From the NCBI GenBank assembly GCA_973895155.1, contig OZ316899.1:8807241-8871240 (forward strand): a DNA stretch of 64,000 bases. The letters run 5' to 3'. This document shows, one piece after another, positions 51,674-64,000 of this stretch. The first letter of the stretch is position 1. Every line of letters begins with the position of its first letter. The translations under genes and the position numbers were made by a program. The DNA comes from Marsupella aquatica (taxonomy: Eukaryota; Plantae; Marchantiophyta). Below the pieces are notes generated by a model. The model was not told where the DNA came from, did no database searches, and was given only the letters and a program-made list of their open reading frames with translations.

Positions 51674-54122
51674 CTAATGCCTAGTGCGCTTGCCAGAGCC
51701 GTCCGAGTGGGAGCGGCCATCCCGCTGCCTACGGAGTCTGTCGTTGTCCATCTTGAGGAGTTGGACTTGGTCTAGCAAAGATTTGTTCTCTCGCTTCGCC
51801 GCGTCCGTCTCCTCAGCTACCTCTTGGCATGCCTCTTCCAGTTGCTGGGCGTCGCTCGTCAACTTGTCCACCATCTGCTTCTGCTTCTTGACTTTGGCTT
51901 GAAGCCGCGCTACTTTGGCCTGTAGGGCGGCAATCTCTGCAGTGTCATGCTGGGCCCGCTCTTGGGCCTCCTCCAGGTCTTTTTGCCAAATGATAGTTTG
52001 ATTCTTCAAATTGTCAATCTGGGTCCGGAGCCGTGCAATCTTGGCCTCCTTCCTAGCTTTGGCCTGTTCGGCTAAGGCGGTAAGGGCGTGCACATTTGCT
52101 AACAACTCATCGGCGGTTGCAACCTTGGGTCGTAGTTGCAGAAGCTCAGCCTCTTGAGTCTCAATTTAGGTACGCGGACTCAACCCGTACCGCTCTATCC
52201 TCTGAAGGGCCTCCGACTGGGCCCGACCTGCCTTTACTACGGTAACCAACTCCTGATTGAAGAAGTAGGCTACCTTCCGGGCCATGAACTCCCCGGTATC
52301 CCAGGCAATCTGTTGGGAGAAATCTCCCAAAAGCCAGTTCAAAAATGTACCCGGTACAAAGAGTTCCGGGTGGTCCAGGTTGTGCCTGTCCGGAGTTAGG
52401 CACGGGCAGACGTCAACTCGCGTGGGAGCTGAGGTAGTGACATCCAGCCCTGGGATGTAGTGTTGGAAGGGGCTGGAGTGTCCTCCCCCATTATCGTGTT
52501 GTCCTCTGGAATAGCCACCGGTGGGTCTTCTGGATCCACGGGCTCGGTCAAGGCCTCCACCACCCCGACTTCTACACTTATCCCGGCCTGGTTGATTGTG
52601 TCTAAGGTTGCGATCACTGCCTCGTCCGGTACCTCTTCGGCCACGGCTACGGCTACTTGTGGAGGTGGGGTGGGTGAGGCATGCGTGGCCGCCAGACTTT
52701 GGGCCTCGGGTTGAGGCCGTCTCTCCAAGGCCGGGAAGACCCCCTTAGTCAGAACCAACTTAGTTACGTTGGCCCGGGGAAGGGTTCGTTGATCAAACCG
52801 GGCGTACCACTTGAGAATGATCTTGATATAGCTCGCAAAATACGCCTTCCCGCCGATGTACAGCGCCTTCCTTCACCGTTCCATCTCTTCATGGAACTTC
52901 TTAGCGAAGTACGATGCCCACTTCCTAGGTCAATAGTTCTCAACCTGAATAACCTGGGCAGCGGAGATCTTGCCCCGGGGTTCCATCATGTGGAGGGCGT
53001 ACCTCTGGAACTCCAGCCGCTTGGCTATCTCAAGGATGAGGCAGGTCCTCATCACAAACCCATTGTCTACTGACCCCTCGGAGGGAAAACTTGAGGATTG
53101 GTACTTGGCTCCTTTGCCCCCGGGAACCCGTGATTCGACTCGTTGATCTCCCTCGGGTAGCCCAAAGATCATCCTGAGCGGCTCCTCTATGAGGGACATA
53201 TTCCTCCCCCGTAGCCGAGTCTGCTGATGGGCATCATCATAATTCTTGACAAACTCCGTCATGTCCTCCCCGTAGTACCTGCAGGTGTTCCAAGGGAGAG
53301 AGGCGAGGTGCTCGAACCCTTGAGTCTTCTAGTACACCACATGTTTGGGGTGGAGGATGTTCTTATGCACGTTCTACCCCATGCGGTGCATTATCACCTT
53401 GGCCGCGGCTACCGTGGCCATGGTTAACCCGGATACAGTTGCGGGTTCCTTCCTCTTCTTTCCCCGAGACTGGCTCCCGTGATGGCTCGGAGAGGGTGAC
53501 ATCTCCCCATCCTCCCGATCGGGTATGGGTAGTGCCACCGCCATTAGTATTGGGGCGGGGGCGGCTACGGTCACCGTGTTGTCCACCGGAGCCGCTACTC
53601 GGGTTCGGGCTTGGGAGGGGGCGATGTAGTGCCGGCTCCCTGGGTGCTCACTCCTCTAGGCCGCCTGAGCAGGGGTGGGGTATCCTTGTCATCATTGTTG
53701 AGGTCCACAGTGTTGACGACGGATCGCACCTGTACGGGCGGGGCGACCGGCTAGGCTGAGGAGGAGCCTGAGCCTGAGCCGGTGTTGGTACAAGTACGGG
53801 CATGGGCTTGGCTGGGCCGGCACTGGTGGTTGATGGTCTGGTTCCCATGAAGTTTTGCAGGTGCCGATAGAGGTTTTCCGAAGCAAGTGTAGACGGCCTT
53901 GTTGACCGGGTAGTGTTGAACTCGCTGTTGATGATGGCCTGGACCCGAGCGGGGATGTGGTCGAAGTGGTGTCGCTGTAAGTTGATCGTGCCCGGGATAG
54001 TGAAGACCCGCATCCGGAAGCCGAAGCAATGCCTCCCAGAAGCCGATGTATTTTTCCCCCGTCGAAGAAGTACCCTGATATTTCTTTGGGTCGGTAAAGC
54101 TTGCTCTGGGATGGGTAATCAA
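51674..54122 (-). pseudogene. Retrotransposon extra ORF (plant gypsy accessory-type domain + Pro/acidic linker + coiled coil)
   Basis: EFVKNYD...LRGRNMSLIEEPLRMIFGLPEG; C-terminal heptads; frameshifted; TATAAAAA on - strand near 54391-54398. Confidence 0.6.
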
Positions 54123-54759
54123 AGTTAAGGAGATAGTGGTGGTGGCCTGCTAGGCGGATGGCTCTCTCATACTCGTGTTTGATTTCGTATCAGCGCGGGT
54201 TGGTGTGTTTTAATGAGTCGGCCAAATGCCCCCGATAGACAAGAACTGCATCCAAAATCGTATGGCCGAACTGGAAAGGATCATGTGTGACATTCAGAGG
54301 AGATAGAAGGCAACTAAGGATGGGCGAGAGAACTGGGGTCAAAGCTGGCGCGTGGACTGAAGAACTGGTGCACTGCAAAGGATTGGCCCCCTTTTTATAC
54401 CCTGAGAGCTTGTCGGTCGCCCGACGCCTCCTTGTTGCTTATAGGCCGAGCCTTTCACGCTTGTAGTGTACCGGCCACTCCGCCAGTCCGGGTCAGTGCG
54501 TGTCAATGGCCATCTCCTGGAGTTTGTTATACGGACCCGAGGGAGGGGGGCCCATTACATGCTCACAACCGGGCGTGCAAATGGCAACCCGCCACCAGCC
54601 CAAACACGAATGCCCCTTATTGACTAATGATTTCCTACTCATAATGGCTACCTAAATACTGTCGTTACGCTAATAATTATGGCCTGAGATACCCCTAACA
54701 CACGTGCTAAGCGTGGTTAGGCCAAATCACTCATTACCCACCGTACCGGCGGCGTCACA

Positions 54760-57273
54760 CCTGTCATGTTCGCAGATCTTAAAGCCAGCTCAAAGATAGT
54801 GGGTCCAGTTCCCCGATGTAATCCTCGACCGTATGCAGTGTAAGCTGCTATCTGACATACGGCTTGGTTTTGGTCAGTTTTGCATCCCTCCATGAGGCCA
54901 ACCCGCTTCTTCATTTGCCACGTCTTCATGCCTGCATGCATTGATTCCAAACCAGTACAATTTGGAATCATACTTGCCTCCTGAGCACTCTTGCTCTGTC
55001 ACCGGCAATGAATAAATATATTTAGCACCTACAATAATTTGCGATAAGTATTAGTTGTATTTCCGCTATCTGTACTCTAACTATTAGTAGCGCCTGGCGC
55101 TATTAAATCTATTGCATCAATGTCATGTTGGTAGTTGCAAAAGTCTCCTTGTTCACACTAGCGCTTGGCGCTACTATACCGGACCAAGGAATTGGACTTC
55201 GAGTACTCATTTTCCATAGTAGCGTCGGGCACTATTACAAAATATTGATAACAGACTATCGTGAATCTAAGAAAAGACTTACCAGTCTTATGAAGTTTCC
55301 CCACTATCTCCAACGGACCACCCACCATGAGAGCCATCCTTGCAACATTCAAAGCTTCCCCTGATGGCAATTTCTAGCTCGCCACCAGTCGTCGATCTCT
55401 CTTGACATACGATATGCTTCCAAAAATGTTTTTGCGTTACAAAGACCGTCCCACATCTTCTTGTGTTCTTCGAGTTTTCCTTCTGGAACACCTTGGCGTG
55501 AATGCCGATAAAATGACTGATAAAAATGAAATGCATCTGATCGCTCTCGGTCAGGATCAGGTACCCCATTGAAGAAAACATTTCACACCACATTCCAACC
55601 CGCCTGGGCATTGTCCGCCATGAATCCTTGAATTTGAATGTTCTCCAAGCCATTTTCACTTGCAACTTCTATCATCAATCGCCAAGCTCTCTCTAAGGAC
55701 TTGGTGTCTTTAGCTTTTAACTCACAAGTGAAAATTGTACAAAGTGCCCGATAGTGATGATCATATACATGAACACTAAAGGTTAGCCAGTCTGATGTAA
55801 TTATGTGCATGATGTCAAACTCACCCATGACCCCTCCAATGAACCACTAGGCTGCATTTTCCGGAGAAGGTCGATCCCAGATCCTTCCCCTTGCACAGTC
55901 ATCTTGAAGATGTGAGCACTTTTGTCTCAACATCCTTGGCCTGGAAGCAAATACCTTATGAAGAAATGGAAGTCTCACACACTTTTGCATCCGCACCAAA
56001 TATTTGAGCTCACCTTTACCTTTCTGGTCTTGCCTCACACTTTGTAGAACAGAGGTAAACTTTTGTGGGGTAGCAACAACCATGAGAGACTCCCAGATCT
56101 CCTTCTCCCCTTCCAAAGACATTTCCTTGATGGAATCCTCATAGAGGGCATTGGTTAAAGAGTCTGTAGCCGCATTTTTATCCCAGTGGGCGTAGCTCGT
56201 GGATTTGCCTGGAACTCCTTTGCGAGGTGAGTCTTAGTGACCTTTTCAGCCTCTCTAGACCACACCCGACGAGTGGGATGGTTGTGAAATTCCATGTGTA
56301 CAGCCAGCCGGGACATATACGCCAAATGTGTTGAATCCACTTTGGCTAAAGGATACATATAGAACATCATGCTTGGACACGACCTTGTACACATCGGAGG
56401 TTCTTGGCAATGGTGACAGACAATACCACCTTGCGGGATGAGTTCTCCAACTCAAAAGGGTCTCGAGAGTTTTGGTGTTCTTGCCCAAACTTGGTTGTTC
56501 CTAGTCTTTTTGTCTCTCCAAAATTGACAGGAGTTGTTCCGACATTCAAGAGAACCGGTACACTTAACCTTTCCAAAATCCCACATCTTCTTTGGTAAAA
56601 CATTTGAAGATGTTTTGATGATGCGCGTCCAGTAATAGCAATCCTTCCCGTGGTCCATGTCCTTCAGCCGTTCCCCTTTTGAATTCACGCAATCGACTAG
56701 AGGCAACTCAAACACTACATTCCCGTTGTATGTCATCAGGAGACTGGGAACTATGTGATGCATGAAATCCTTCTCCCTAATGAAACGAGATAACTTGCTA
56801 TGCCCCTTTGATTTTAGGATAGCATCCATCGCACTTTGCCGATATACAATTGGAACTTCTCGAACCTCCATCTTCACAACCAAGGGATCCACTGGGACCC
56901 TTTTTGGGACATCAAATGAAAGGGGAGAATTTTTTCCCTCTTCTTCTGAAGTGTCTGAGACATTGACAACATCGACACCACCGGAAATAGGACATGGATC
57001 TGCCAATGCTTGAGAATCTTCCAAAACAAAGACCTCGTATACTTTATCTGGGTACATCATCCAAAACATAAGACCATCAACGACATCATAGAAGATGGTA
57101 TTTCCTTTTGAATTCTTAGGGAGAAGGGACACAGAGAGAATACACTGTTTTGAAATATCAAATCTTATCCCCAAGTATTCATCCAAAACTCCTCTTGACT
57201 GAGATTCAGGGGAAACGATAACCGTGACGACATCCCGCATGTCCTTGCATGTAACTACAATTGATTCTCCCAT
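54760..57273 (-). pseudogene. MULE-like transposase copy A, 5' part
   Basis: QSAMDAILK, YNGNVVFELP, GKVKCTGSLECRNNSC, MSRLAVH..HNHP, EFD, FMADNAQA, IPNCTGLE; intron 54996-55282. Confidence 0.92.
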
Positions 57274-58290
57274 TTTAGCAAAAGAGAATAATGGATGCCT
57301 CACTTCGCCAATCGGTTTAAGGCTTGTTTGATGTAATAGCTGTCTAAATTATAAAATTAGAAATAATGGAAAATTTTAAAATTTTTGTAGTTAGAAATAG
57401 ATTAAACATAGCCAATTAATCTACTTTTAGATATACGTAAGGTTAAGACTTAAGATAGGCACATTACTAGACACTACCCCGAGTACTTAGTAAGCATTGC
57501 CCTGCTCGGGAACTCTCCCATCTCAAGGAGCCAAGCTCCATAACCTACTTGATATTCTGAAGAGGCCACTTGACTGTGACTTTGCGTTTCCATTACTTAA
57601 ATCTAAGCGGAGGGTTGAGAAGAGCAAGGGAGAACACTGTTTGTATTCTTGTGGTGCAATCGGAAATTTTGTTGCTAAGTTTTGACCACGGAAGGCAAAA
57701 GCATCAAGGTGCAACGGCACAAAGGCATTTCAGCGCAATGGAGTTTTGGTGTCAAGGCGCAAAAATTCCATGACATTTTAGGGTCAGTAGCGTTTCAGCA
57801 CAACACAGACCAACGTCGCAACGTGGTTTCATTGTAAACAACCTTCACGTTTTGGAGTATAAGCGGAACGGTGTAATTGCGCAATGACACTTTGACGTGT
57901 TCTGCCCAGCCGCTTTTATATTCACGACTTTGACTTACGCCTCGACTATGGCAACGACAGGAGAGGAAGTAGAAGGAGTTACAGCCGGGGTCCCTCTACC
58001 GAAAGCTGTCCCTGTGATTCACCCCACTTTAAAGAGAAGTCTGGATGTTCTAAAAGAATCCTTGGACGTGATGCACTTGAGTAAGTTACTTACTCTACCT
58101 TGGTCCGTGACTTCACCTAGCTACTTAAAAGATTAGTAATTTATGTCGTGTAATGAGTTGTACATATGACGTTAATACAACGTTAATAAATAAATCAATA
58201 AATTTGAAGACGTAAGATGTGAATGTGCTTTGTTGAGTTGGATGTTAAGTTTGCATCCGAGTATGTGGACGCTAATCACATGAGTTTGCA

Positions 58291-59080
58291 TCAGTAATTT
58301 ACCTTCTCTAGAATTTTGTCCCCAATGGTGTCTGGTCGATATCGTGGAAGGCCACACGGTTCCTTCGGGCAATGAGTGTGCTTAGCATACTCCTTTCTAT
58401 ACAAGATGCAACTAGCGGGGCACATATGGATAGTCTCCAAAGCCAATCCAATGGAGACAAGTAACTTCTTAGCCTCCCTCACACATTCAGGAAGAGTGTT
58501 TGGTTGGGGCAAGAATTTCTTGCGGAACAACTGCAATAGTGCCTCTGTATGGACATCCGAACCATTGAAAACTCCTTGCAAATTTAACATCAAGAGAGTG
58601 GCACCCAACCTGCATTTGCAAAACCACAATTAGTTCATCAAAATGGAACATGAGGTACTACTTGCAATTACACTCTCAAAATCAGAGAAGTCATAGGCTT
58701 CTCTACCTCGAGGTTGGAGAACCCTCAAATAGTGGAGTTCTGGCTTCTGATTTGAGCTGGTCCCAATCCTCCTGGTCTACTTCCATAGTAGGGTGATCAG
58801 CGTCAGGTGCATGTGGTCCAAAGTGAATGTCAACCAGGTGGGCAAAAGCTTCCTCTTCAAGAATAGGTGCAGGCCACTCATCCTCTACATCATCATCAAA
58901 CTTGACATCATATGCATCATGGTACTCATCATCATCGTCCTCCACATCATCATCATCATCCACATCATGGACATCATCATCATCATCATCACTGAAATGT
59001 AATGTGGCTCGAGCGCGGAAGGCACGGGCGGATGTAGTCATCATGGATGGGTGTTGTGTAGGAGTAATATTGGCACCATC
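58291..59080 (-). pseudogene. CACTA Tnp2/TnpD transposase, N-terminal part (truncated)
   Basis: Acidic tract, ARTPLFEGSPTSR|LGATLLMLNL...LPQPNTLP...AKKLL..IG...IHMCPASCILYRKEY...CP..C...RY; intron 58610-58706 in frame. Confidence 0.88.
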
Positions 59081-59219
59081 CTACATATATAAGTAAGCAA
59101 TTTCCAATGCAAACTCATAATTAGACAAAGAGTTCCATGAAGGGTGCAATGAAGCTCAAATAATGATATGTGCAAGGAATGTCATGTATTGAATAGGTGA
59201 TGTACATATTAAGTTGTGA

Positions 59220-60096
59220 TCAATGCCAATCATAATCTACAAAAATCTCATCTCTTGCTCTAATGGTGCGGGTGGCATGCGTTAAGACATAATGTGTGCA
59301 TGCCATGGGCAAACGTGGGTGACATGCATCATGGTACTCATGCCACTCAGCGTTTGGCCTAAACCCTAAACGCCGACACATAGTGCTATTGATGTAGCCT
59401 GCCAAGTTTCCCGTGCGAGGTGGATAACCATCCATCTGAGAATACCTAGGGTCCATCTTCAGTGACATGCCATATCAACCAAAGGTTGGACACTATCGGG
59501 ACAAGATTTGCCATCTCTAGGCCAAATACTTTGGCCCATAGAATGGGAACAACTGAGGTAAATCGTCAGGGGCACACCCATGAGGGACCACTATATCCAC
59601 AAGTGCAAAAACGCCAAGGCCAACGTCAAGTCCCAATGTGGACGGGAGGAGACGGCCGACTCCAGACTATGATAGGTTCCATGACTGGAAGGTCGTCGGG
59701 GAGTCCAAACTGGGCAGGGAAGGAGTCCTTTATGATATCCAAGGCTCTCCCTCGCAACTGTCTCGCGACTCTCAAAGAAGGTGCATCAAGAAAAGGACAA
59801 CGTGGCGGCACTATCCTAGGTGGACGAGACTCCATCGACCTCAGTGTAGTGGTCACCACTACTCCCCTCTCAATAGGGTGCACTTGCACCACTCTCCCAT
59901 CAAAAACACGGTCTATAGCCCTCAATGTGGCAGACAATGCTGATGGGGGTACTAGAGGGGTGATCGCACGCCTCGCAATCTCTCTCATGCTGTCCACGGC
60001 CGAAGGCACTACAATAGGAATCTGTCCACATGTGACCAGCAGGACAACTTCAGAATTTGCGTATGAAAGCATGAACAACTACAACCTAGACAGCTT
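59220..60096 (-). pseudogene. SET-domain exon within the CACTA transposase locus
   Basis: GLGVFALVDI (59592-59621), PFYGP, MDG...GNLAGYINS, PNAEW, ATRTIRARDEIFVDY; disrupted. Confidence 0.8.
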
Positions 60097-60155
60097 CTAG
60101 TTAGGTAAAAAATGAAAGCAACTAAATAATTGAAATGTTTAAACCTTATATTTAC

Positions 60156-60762
60156 CTCTTGTGTGGGTGGTATATAACGATCGTGGATCCCTAAATGGCT
60201 AAGGACAGTGATCCTCTTGTGAGATACAACGCCCTTGCACCGCCTACATGGCAAGGCATCTTACAGATAGGTCCAATCCCCTGAATGGCAGCCATAGCAT
60301 CTCCAAATCCCTCATCAGTCGTGATACTGGTGTGAGGGACTCAAGGATCTAGTATCTCTCCTTCTATCCCACCGATGTCTGCATCGGTGATGCTTGGACC
60401 GATGGCGCCTAGATGGTGAGTCATCCCTCCTCCTCTCCCGTGACTCATCGCTGAGGGGATCAGCCCTCCTCCTGCCCCGGGAGTGATCCCTCCTCTCCTA
60501 GGAGTCATGGCTTGTCATTCTTGGGGACACATCCCTCCTCCCTGGTGACTCATCCCTCCTCCTCCTCCTCCGTTGTGACCCATCCCTGGATCCATGGCTC
60601 CTCCTCTCCTGGGACTCATCACTAGTCCCCCCCATGACTGATCTCTCCTCCTCCCCAACGACTCATCCCTCTCCCTACTATGATGACCATGTTTGCATCG
60701 GTGACAAGTACCTCCATTATGATGGTCATAGTATGATGAGGAAGACCCATACGTCGCCATAT
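60156..60762 (-). pseudogene. First coding exon of the CACTA transposase (Gly/Met-rich repeats + transposase-associated Zn motif)
   Basis: CATCCCTCCTCC-type repeats at 60420-60690; PCRRCKG......V.SHL; GTAAAT donor at 60155. Confidence 0.6.
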
Positions 60763-61195
60763 GGCCCTGCAACAACATACATGCCAGATACCAATTAGTA
60801 CCATTCAAATAATGGCAACAAACCCTAAAAACTTATGGAGTTTTATACGTTGTATAAACCCCACACGTTTTCCTACCCTACGTAAACCCCCAATGTAACG
60901 TCATTTATATAAACCCCGGACAGCGTAACCCCCTGTTTGACGACATACTATGACGTTTACGTCGTCCCCCAGAACGTACTATTTAGGGTTTATGAAAAGA
61001 ACATCATTAAAAATGACATTATATTGGGAGAACGGGGGTTCTTTGTGGTTTTGGGCGTAGCTCGGCATTTTCCAAAGGAAAACATCGGGGTAATAGTCGA
61101 ATGTGAGGCACATTCGACGTCCCGGACCCCAACTCCCCTCCTCTCGCTTTCTCTCATTCAATTCTGACCTCTACGTAGAGACAATTGCCCTTCCA

Positions 61196-63030
61196 ATGTC
61201 TAGACCAGCCTATCTTCCTTTCAGTGTGAACTTTGATGCAGACAAGGTGGCCATGGACGATTCAGAGGAGTTGGAGAAGGTGCGTCAAGCTTTGCTTTCC
61301 ACCCACCCATTGTCAACGCTTTCAATCAAAGTTGGAGATACTTGGGAGGAGTGGGAAGCAAAGAGTCCCAGTTTTTGGAGTACCTAGGCAATATCGAGGC
61401 CAATGCTCCTGCCGTGGATGAGGATGAACAGATTCCCGCTGCAGAGTGCTTGGGGGAGTTTGGTGAGGCTTCAGTGAATCCTCTACCTTCGTTCCCTTTG
61501 CTACCAGATGATGGTTGGGATGATCTAGCTTTCTTAGGAATGGTGCTTGATTCTCATGTTCATTCTGGGACTCCTATCAAAAGCCAGGTTAGGATCCCAC
61601 ATGATAGATATGAGCCAGAGGATGGGGGGCAGGATTATCATAGGAAGAGAAAGCATAGATCCCCTTCTAGGAGCAAAAGTAGTAGCATTGACAGGAGAAG
61701 ACGAAAAGAGAAGGGAAAGGAGCGCAAATGTGTAGATGTAGACCCAAAGGCGGACAGGGGAAGGAGGCAATTACCTTGATAGTCACATTTGTCTTGTCCT
61801 TAGGCACCGGATTCTGCCCAGCGAGCTGCAGCAAAACCCAGCAACAAAGAGGAGCTCCCAACCATAACTTTGGCCGCTTTTGATGCAAAACTGGATGTTC
61901 TTGATGAGAAGGCACTCACCAATCGAGTGCAGACCTGTTGTGCGAAACACTACCCAGGTTGGACAACCTGGAAGGATTTGTCACATAACACCAAGAAATT
62001 TCAGACACTCCTCAATGACGTGCAGGCTAGGTTCCGCAATGGGAGAGAAATTGACTTCCGTCACATGAGGCAAAAGATTGTAAATCACTTGGCGGATAGA
62101 AGGTTTAGGTGGAAAAACAAGGTTTGAAAATCAAAATCTTTGCAGACAGGGGAGTACCACAAACTTGAAGGGATGACTGAGGCTGATTTCAATCTGATCG
62201 TCAGTGAGTTGGAGGCAGACCCAGACACGGCAGTAGGAAAGCGAGTGCGCATGGGGGACAAAGCAACAGCAGCTCAAAAGCAGACTGGCCGGCTTGCAGT
62301 GACCAATTTCTGGGGGCAGGGAGGATGGCGAGGCTTCCTTGCAACCTATGTAAGTGCCCGTCCTGATTTCCTTGTTGTTTGTGCGTACCGGAGCCTTGCG
62401 GTGAAGTCTTGCTGCAAACGTCGTGTTTTCCAATTTTACGTCGCAAAATCTGCTACTAACGTTGTCCCTCACATCATAGCCTCCTTCTTACGTACACCCC
62501 AACGTCATTTTTTTTGAAACATCTTCTCATCGACGTTACAACTATGCAGTCCATCTTTACATGGCATAAAATGATGTTATTGAATATACGTCCCATTACA
62601 CGGCGTACATTACAATGTGCCTTACGACGTTACTAGTTTTTGCTGCAGAAGCACAAGTATGGACGAAAGGTTGAGCCTAGCGAGGAGGAACGGCTATACT
62701 CCAAGCGGTATGGCCCTGCGGCATTGTGGGCCAAGTTGGATTCCACCCCAGAAGAGTTCCCTATAAGTAGGAATCCAACAACATTCCTTGGTAGTGCTAG
62801 TTGTATAAGCTCTATTGTGTCAGCATGTATTGATACATAGAATATGTCATGTGCAGGTGGATTGGACCCCTCCTGAGGGGTTAGTGGCACGCCCCATCAT
62901 AGAGGATGAGCAGGTGGACATTGTACCCGATGAGGAGGGTACCCAGGACGAGACACTAGTACATTTTGAGCCCTTTTACCGATCCTCTTTCTATCGGACG
63001 CCTTCAAAAAATCTGCGGCAAAACTTTTAG
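61196..63030 (+). pseudogene. Divergently oriented TE accessory gene (TnpA-like), multi-exon
   Basis: WTTWKDL...LLNDVQARF...MRQKIVNHLADRRFRWK resembles En/Spm second-ORF helical domains; putative introns; stops. Confidence 0.45.
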
Positions 63031-64000
63031 ACATCCAATTGTTTCTATTTCGCAAAGTCCAATTTTCAAAGAATCGGAAAAAGACAATCGGAAATGAATC
63101 GAAACTACCAATTATTTTGGGATTGGACCTTTCGTTTATTTGTGTTTCGCACTTAACGGTGTCCGATTTATTGTGTATCGGATATTCCTTTTGTCCATTC
63201 TAGCAAAGTTTGGAATTTCGATACAAATGCGATGGAAATAGCATCGGAATGTTTGATATATTTGAAGTCAAGAAGAGCAATGTCAAGACAAACGGACTTT
63301 TTGATATGTGTGATGTCGGACTTTGTGATACGCGTGATATCAGAAATTGCGAAGATATTGGTTTCGGAAATTATGATCGTTATGACATCAGATATAGTTT
63401 GGTACCAACAAAATGCGTTTGCAAATGGGTTGTCGGTTTCAAATGGGAGGCCTAATTGCAGGGGGTTTTAGCTTGGGTGCAATTTAAACAATTATTGAGG
63501 TCCAATATTTAGGGTATAGGGTATTTGATTCAAGGGAGACTTGATACATGGGGAAGGATGACATGGCAAAAGTATACATAGATGGATCATAGACAAAAAT
63601 GTAATATCTAGAGGAAAATTTAGTACAAAAAATGGAGAATGCACCATGTATATATGTATATATGTACACATACATATATACATGGTGCAAAATATCCTAA
63701 AGGCAGGGCATAACAAATCTAAATAGTGCCCTCCAACTAGCCACCTAGCTAGCCTAGTACTATGTATGTCTACCTAGCCCACTATCCATACAAGCTATGT
63801 CGCGTCTTCCTCTTCTTCAGGCGGGAGCGACTAGGCTGGTCTGCGGTATGAGTCTCTACTACTGGTACATCGGGTAGTACCTGATGGTCTCGACCACCTA
63901 ATGTGGCTCCATCCTCTCCTGGTGAACAATGTGCAGAAGCAATCTCTGGTACCCCCCCATCTCCAGATGTTGCTGAACCATGGGAGGGCACCCCTTCCCC

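Larger units (their letters stand above)
28376..54759 (-). mobile_element. LTR-type insertion (probable ~3.97 kb solo LTR once nested element B is removed)
   Basis: Ends TGTCACGCC...GGCGTCACA; 5-bp TSD CCTGT (28371-28375, 54760-54764); removal restores transposase A ...RSANMTG|SPHLFEE. Confidence 0.85.
29058..55234. repeat. Dispersed 15-bp palindrome TAGCGCCNGGCGCTA (~40 copies)
   Basis: Perfect copies at 29297, 31082, 37139, 37380, 45059, 45425, 45646, 50486, 55088; degenerate copies at e.g. 29058, 31020, 32785, 32904, 34592, 34696, 34761, 37074, 37233, 37442, 40005, 40048, 42000, 42104, 42929, 43213, 43383, 43583, 43745, 45309, 47359, 48166, 49334, 50250, 50872, 55159, 55220. Confidence 0.95.

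Noticed and set aside
29058-55234. CRISPR array or bacterial REP elements suggested by the repeated palindromes
   Set aside because: Irregular spacing, 15-bp unit, no cas genes, eukaryotic intron-containing context
57332-58136. Possible LTR start plus short ORF (MATTGEE...LLTLPW)
   Set aside because: Only weak resemblance to retroelement accessory ORFs; no matching end or TSD
63030-64000. TCGGA-rich tract and a minus-strand ORF end at the window edge
   Set aside because: No recognisable domain or boundaries; continues outside the window

Overview
Eukaryotic, intron-containing, TE-only window with no intact host gene. The TE families look like those of a land plant, possibly a non-seed plant (inference). 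It is built from two nested insertion stacks whose order can be read from target-site duplications (TSDs). Left stack: a Ty1/copia (Bianca-like) remnant, then a Ty3/gypsy solo LTR (TSD AATTC). A full-length copy of the same gypsy family sits inside it (TSD CGGAT/TGGAT; both have non-canonical AGT...ACT ends), and that copy holds a non-autonomous CACTA (TSD GTG) with an EDM2/NSD-type multi-PHD ORF. Central stack: three diverged members (A, B, C) of an ~11-12 kb Mutator-like DNA transposon family nested in one another (A <- ~4 kb ORF-bearing solo LTR <- B <- C; 8-bp TSDs for B and C). The family encodes (i) a GCM-like Zn domain/DDE/SWIM transposase, (ii) a divergently transcribed 5-exon ~1200-aa protein joining a ParB/Srx-like DGNHR domain to a beta-class N6A/N4C DNA-methyltransferase fold with a non-canonical catalytic motif, and (iii) a conserved 156-codon orphan ORF. 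It also carries about 40 copies of a 15-bp palindrome, TAGCGCCNGGCGCTA, in its introns and spacers. This combination is the best candidate for an undescribed system: a TE-encoded ParB/parS-like or VANC-like self-recognition or anti-silencing module. The right end holds a CACTA transposase remnant with a SET-domain exon in its first intron. Most genes are pseudogenised, largely by C>T-type nonsense changes.
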